In this document: piece by piece, positions 61,535 to 64,000 of the stretch
How positions within the stretch are numbered: position 1 is the first letter of the stretch
Layout: every line of letters starts with the position of its first letter
Origin: Candidatus Ornithoclostridium excrementipullorum
GTDB taxonomy: Bacteria; Bacillota; Clostridia; Christensenellales; UBA3700
NCBI GenBank assembly: GCA_018716085.1
Contig: DVKK01000040.1
Span: 1,107-65,106, forward strand
Length of the DNA: 64,000 nt
Direction: 5' to 3'
Made by a program: the position numbers and the translations under genes
The notes under the pieces: model-generated
Seen by the model: the letters and a program-made list of their open reading frames with translations, nothing else
The model's database searches: none
Told to the model about the DNA's origin: nothing

Positions 61535-62395
61535 TCATTTCATTGCGTCGGCGTGCTTGTCCGCGTCGGTTTTTTCGTGCCCGTGTCGGTTTTCCGCGCC
61601 GTATCTCTTTTTGTTGCCGACCGTGCCGGCGTTGACGTCATACAGTATCTTCAACCCTTTCAGGGTCAGCGATCTGTCCACTATATCCAATATCTTTTCT
61701 CCGCCCGTCTGTACCAGCTGGCTCAGACCTCCTGTCGCGACGACTTTCGCATTCGCAAGTCCGCTCTCGCCGCGGAGTTTTTCTATTATGTATTTGACCA
61801 ATCCCGTAAAGCCGTAAATGATGCCCGCCTGCAGATTGGATTCCGTAGTCCTTCCGACTATGGTTTCGGGACGCGTAAGTTCCACATTGGTCAGTCTCGC
61901 GGTGTTGTTGACGAGAGATTCCATAGCGGATTTTATACCTGGAGCGATGCACCCTCCGAGGAATTCGCCTCTTTCCGATATGAGATTGAACGTAGTCGCG
62001 GTCCCGAAGTCCACGACTATGCACGGTCCTCCGTACAGCTTGTAAGCCGCAACGCTGTTGACGATCCTGTCCGCGCCGACTTCCTGAGGATTGGTGTATT
62101 TAACGTCAAGTCCCGTCTTGATCCCCATACCCACGCTGATGGGTCGTATGCCGATATAGTATTCGCAGGCGTGTTCTATCGTGTAATTTACCGACGGGCA
62201 CACGCTGGACATGATCACGCCGTCTATGTCGGCGAAGGTGATGTTCTTGCCCGCAAAGAGCGAACTCATCACCGCGCCGAATTCGTCGCTGGTACGCTCG
62301 ACCTTGACGGACATACGCCACGACTGCACCAGCTTGCCGCCGTTGTACACGCCCATTTTGATATTCGTATTCCCGACGTCAATCACCAGAAGCAT
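61535..62395 (-). CDS. coaX: Type III pantothenate kinase
   Basis: 286 aa. MLLVIDVGNTNIKMGVY, and GADR and ATGG blocks. Carries an extra basic C-terminal tail of about 30 aa. Confidence 0.9.
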   Translation of the reverse strand: MLLVIDVGNTNIKMGVYNGGKLVQSWRMSVKVERTSDEFGAVMSSLFAGKNITFADIDGVIMSSVCPSVNYTIEHACEYYIGIRPISVGMGIKTGLDVKYTNPQEVGADRIVNSVAAYKLYGGPCIVVDFGTATTFNLISERGEFLGGCIAPGIKSAMESLVNNTARLTNVELTRPETIVGRTTESNLQAGIIYGFTGLVKYIIEKLRGESGLANAKVVATGGLSQLVQTGGEKILDIVDRSLTLKGLKILYDVNAGTVGNKKRYGAENRHGHEKTDADKHADAMK

Positions 62396-62990
62396 CGGAT
62401 CGTCCCTCCCGCGCCGTCACCGCATATACCACGGGAGGCGTAAGCAGCGTAAACGCTATTATCTCTATCACGAAATTAATCGATATCATGCCCATCATGA
62501 ATTCGGGCGTTATCGCGCTGTCCCCAACGGTCTTGCCGCCGTAGAGCAGCCATATCATGCCCAGCACGGTCGCGGTATTCGTCACCACTCCCACGGCGGA
62601 CGCAAAAGCGTCTATCGCAAGCTTCGCCGCTTTACCGGGCTGGTTTTTGTCGGGTCGTCCTTTTGCGCCGGCGATCGCCAGACACAACCGTTGCACCGCT
62701 CTCGCCGCGACGGGCGCGAGTATCCTCGGCAGTATCGACACGAGCGGGTTGCGGAACAGCGGCGCGGTAGGATTGCCCGCTCCCGTAGTAAACGCGCCTA
62801 TCAGCGATACGAGTCCCATAAACAGTCCTCCCGCCGCGGCCGTTTTGAAATCCTGAGTCAGAGCCAGCACCAATACCGGCAGCAACGTCAGAGCTATCGT
62901 CGCGCTTCCGAAACTGATCGGCATCAGACCGAACAATATGATGAGCGCAAGACCGACAGCGGTCACCGCTATTCTTTTCGATCTCTTCAT
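62379..62990 (-). CDS. ECF transporter S component, PanT-like (pantothenate) by context
   Basis: ORF to 63017. Start moved to MKRSKRIAV (GAGG RBS). Multi-TM protein that overlaps the coaX start by 17 nt. Confidence 0.6.
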   Translation of the reverse strand: MKRSKRIAVTAVGLALIILFGLMPISFGSATIALTLLPVLVLALTQDFKTAAAGGLFMGLVSLIGAFTTGAGNPTAPLFRNPLVSILPRILAPVAARAVQRLCLAIAGAKGRPDKNQPGKAAKLAIDAFASAVGVVTNTATVLGMIWLLYGGKTVGDSAITPEFMMGMISINFVIEIIAFTLLTPPVVYAVTAREGRSDASGD

Positions 62991-63079
62991 ATAACCTCGC
63001 TTGGGCTTGCACGGCAATACCCATCAAGACCGGATTTTGATTTTTACGTACGGCGCCCGAGGCTGCCGCCGTTTTTGAT

Positions 63080-63108
63080 ATTGTATCAAAATTTTGTTCA
63101 ACTTTCAA
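63080..63108 (-). promoter_or_regulatory. Promoter TTGAAA-17 nt-TACAAT of the panT-coaX-hom string
   Basis: Read on the minus strand. The -10 lies inside the palindrome TTTTGATA-TTG-TATCAAAA (63073-63091). Confidence 0.55.
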
Positions 63109-63395
63109 CCGATTAAGCCCCGATATCGCAGATTTGACAATATTTGCGCGATCGGTCGCGCGAAAATAACGCGAATATTCGCGCGAAAAGCATTAAAATC
63201 GATACCGAAACGCATACCCGATCTTTTCGAGCGCATATCCGCTTTTTCGGCGGATATCGCGGGCTCTGCCGTTTCCATGCCGTTCGCGCGCTTTTACCGA
63301 ATCGGGACGCGGCGGCGGATCGCCGTATCCCGCGAACCGTTGCGGCAGAGCCCCTGCGCTCTGTCCTTTCAACTTTTTTTTCGTGCGGGTGTGCG

Positions 63396-63854
63396 TTATA
63401 CGTTCATTATCGTCACGAAATACGCCAACACGGCGCAATAGAGGGCCGCTGCCGAAGCGACGGCGGCGACGATCCTCGCCAACGCGTCTTTGAAACATAA
63501 AACCGCGGCGGCGATCCTCAGCGCAGCCGCCGTTATCGCGAAAACGAGCGCCGCCTCGAGCGAATGCAGAGAGAAAAAAGTAAAGCTCCACAGAGCCCCC
63601 GCCACGCCCGACGCGATCACGGCGACCGATCGCGAGGTCTTCTTCCCTACTATCGCCCTGCACAGCACGACGACGTCGCAGGTATAGCAGACCGCCCAAA
63701 GCGCCGTCATGGCTCCCGAAGAAAGAGCGAAAGAGGGGAGTTCCAACCCCAAATACCAATCTCCTATGCGTACGGGAGCGGCGGAAGCCGCCGCATAGAC
63801 CAAAACGATAGCGAGCGCGGCGGCGGACGCCCACAGCGTCTTTATAGCCTTCAT
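63396..63854 (-). CDS. TspO/MBR-like five-TM membrane protein (divergent)
   Basis: 152 aa. GDWYLGLELPSFALSSGAMTALWAVCY parallels the WY..L.KP.W.PP......W..LY block of TspO, but most conserved Trp residues are missing. Confidence 0.45.
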   Translation of the reverse strand: MKAIKTLWASAAALAIVLVYAAASAAPVRIGDWYLGLELPSFALSSGAMTALWAVCYTCDVVVLCRAIVGKKTSRSVAVIASGVAGALWSFTFFSLHSLEAALVFAITAAALRIAAAVLCFKDALARIVAAVASAAALYCAVLAYFVTIMNV

Positions 63855-64000
63855 ACAACAACTTATTCCGACCGCGACGTTTTATGCCCGGACGGTCACC
63901 TTATCTTCCGCAAAGGCGGCGGCGTCCGACCCGCGATGCCGATCCGTTGTTTTTGTCATACGACAGGTATCCCGCAAGGCGTAAAAAATCCCGACCGAAG

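Noticed and set aside
63144-63500. 118-aa plus-strand ORF in the TspO-panT spacer
   Set aside because: It is Arg-rich with no RBS and runs antisense into the TspO-like gene. The region is better explained as structured non-coding DNA.

Overview
This 64-kb window reads like chromosomal core DNA of a GC-rich, endospore-forming Firmicute. The Clostridia-like markers are spoVG, spoIIID, a SpoVB-type flippase, a DUF421/DUF4363 pair and a LysM protein. I call about 53 protein genes, mostly on the minus strand and packed into tight operons. They include a window-truncated GH2 beta-galactosidase, a pflB-pflA-C_GCAxxG operon, hup, and a complete arginine operon (argG-argH-argC-argJ-argB-argD-argF) with a translationally coupled GNAT. 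Also present are a secreted lipase, three orphan lipoproteins, glmM next to a stand-alone GlmU acetyltransferase domain, asnS and murC. A PAP2-PAP2-acyl-AMP ligase-FGGY kinase-Ca-ATPase gene string follows, then a sulfatase, degV, a ttcA-like gene, a split TauE, and a panT-coaX-hom-(two small membrane proteins)-uvrB-uvrA string. Three ECF S-components occur (RibU, FolT, PanT-like). I saw no rRNA, tRNA, CRISPR, transposase/integrase, prophage, restriction, toxin-antitoxin or recognisable defence genes. Reading the leaders by eye gives three riboswitches that an ORF track cannot show: ZTP/pfl (pflB), FMN (ribU) and THF (folT). I did not find a convincing self-contained novel multi-gene system. 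The best follow-up candidates are the doubly anchored 1272-aa protein with five CBM-like modules, the PAP2/ligase/kinase operon, and the tandem membrane-tethered paralogues between hom and uvrB. Others are a 30-nt element repeated after two unrelated terminators, a 76-bp tandem repeat carrying four phased 9-mers, and several structured gene-less regions. All functional calls come from motif recognition by eye; no database search was run.
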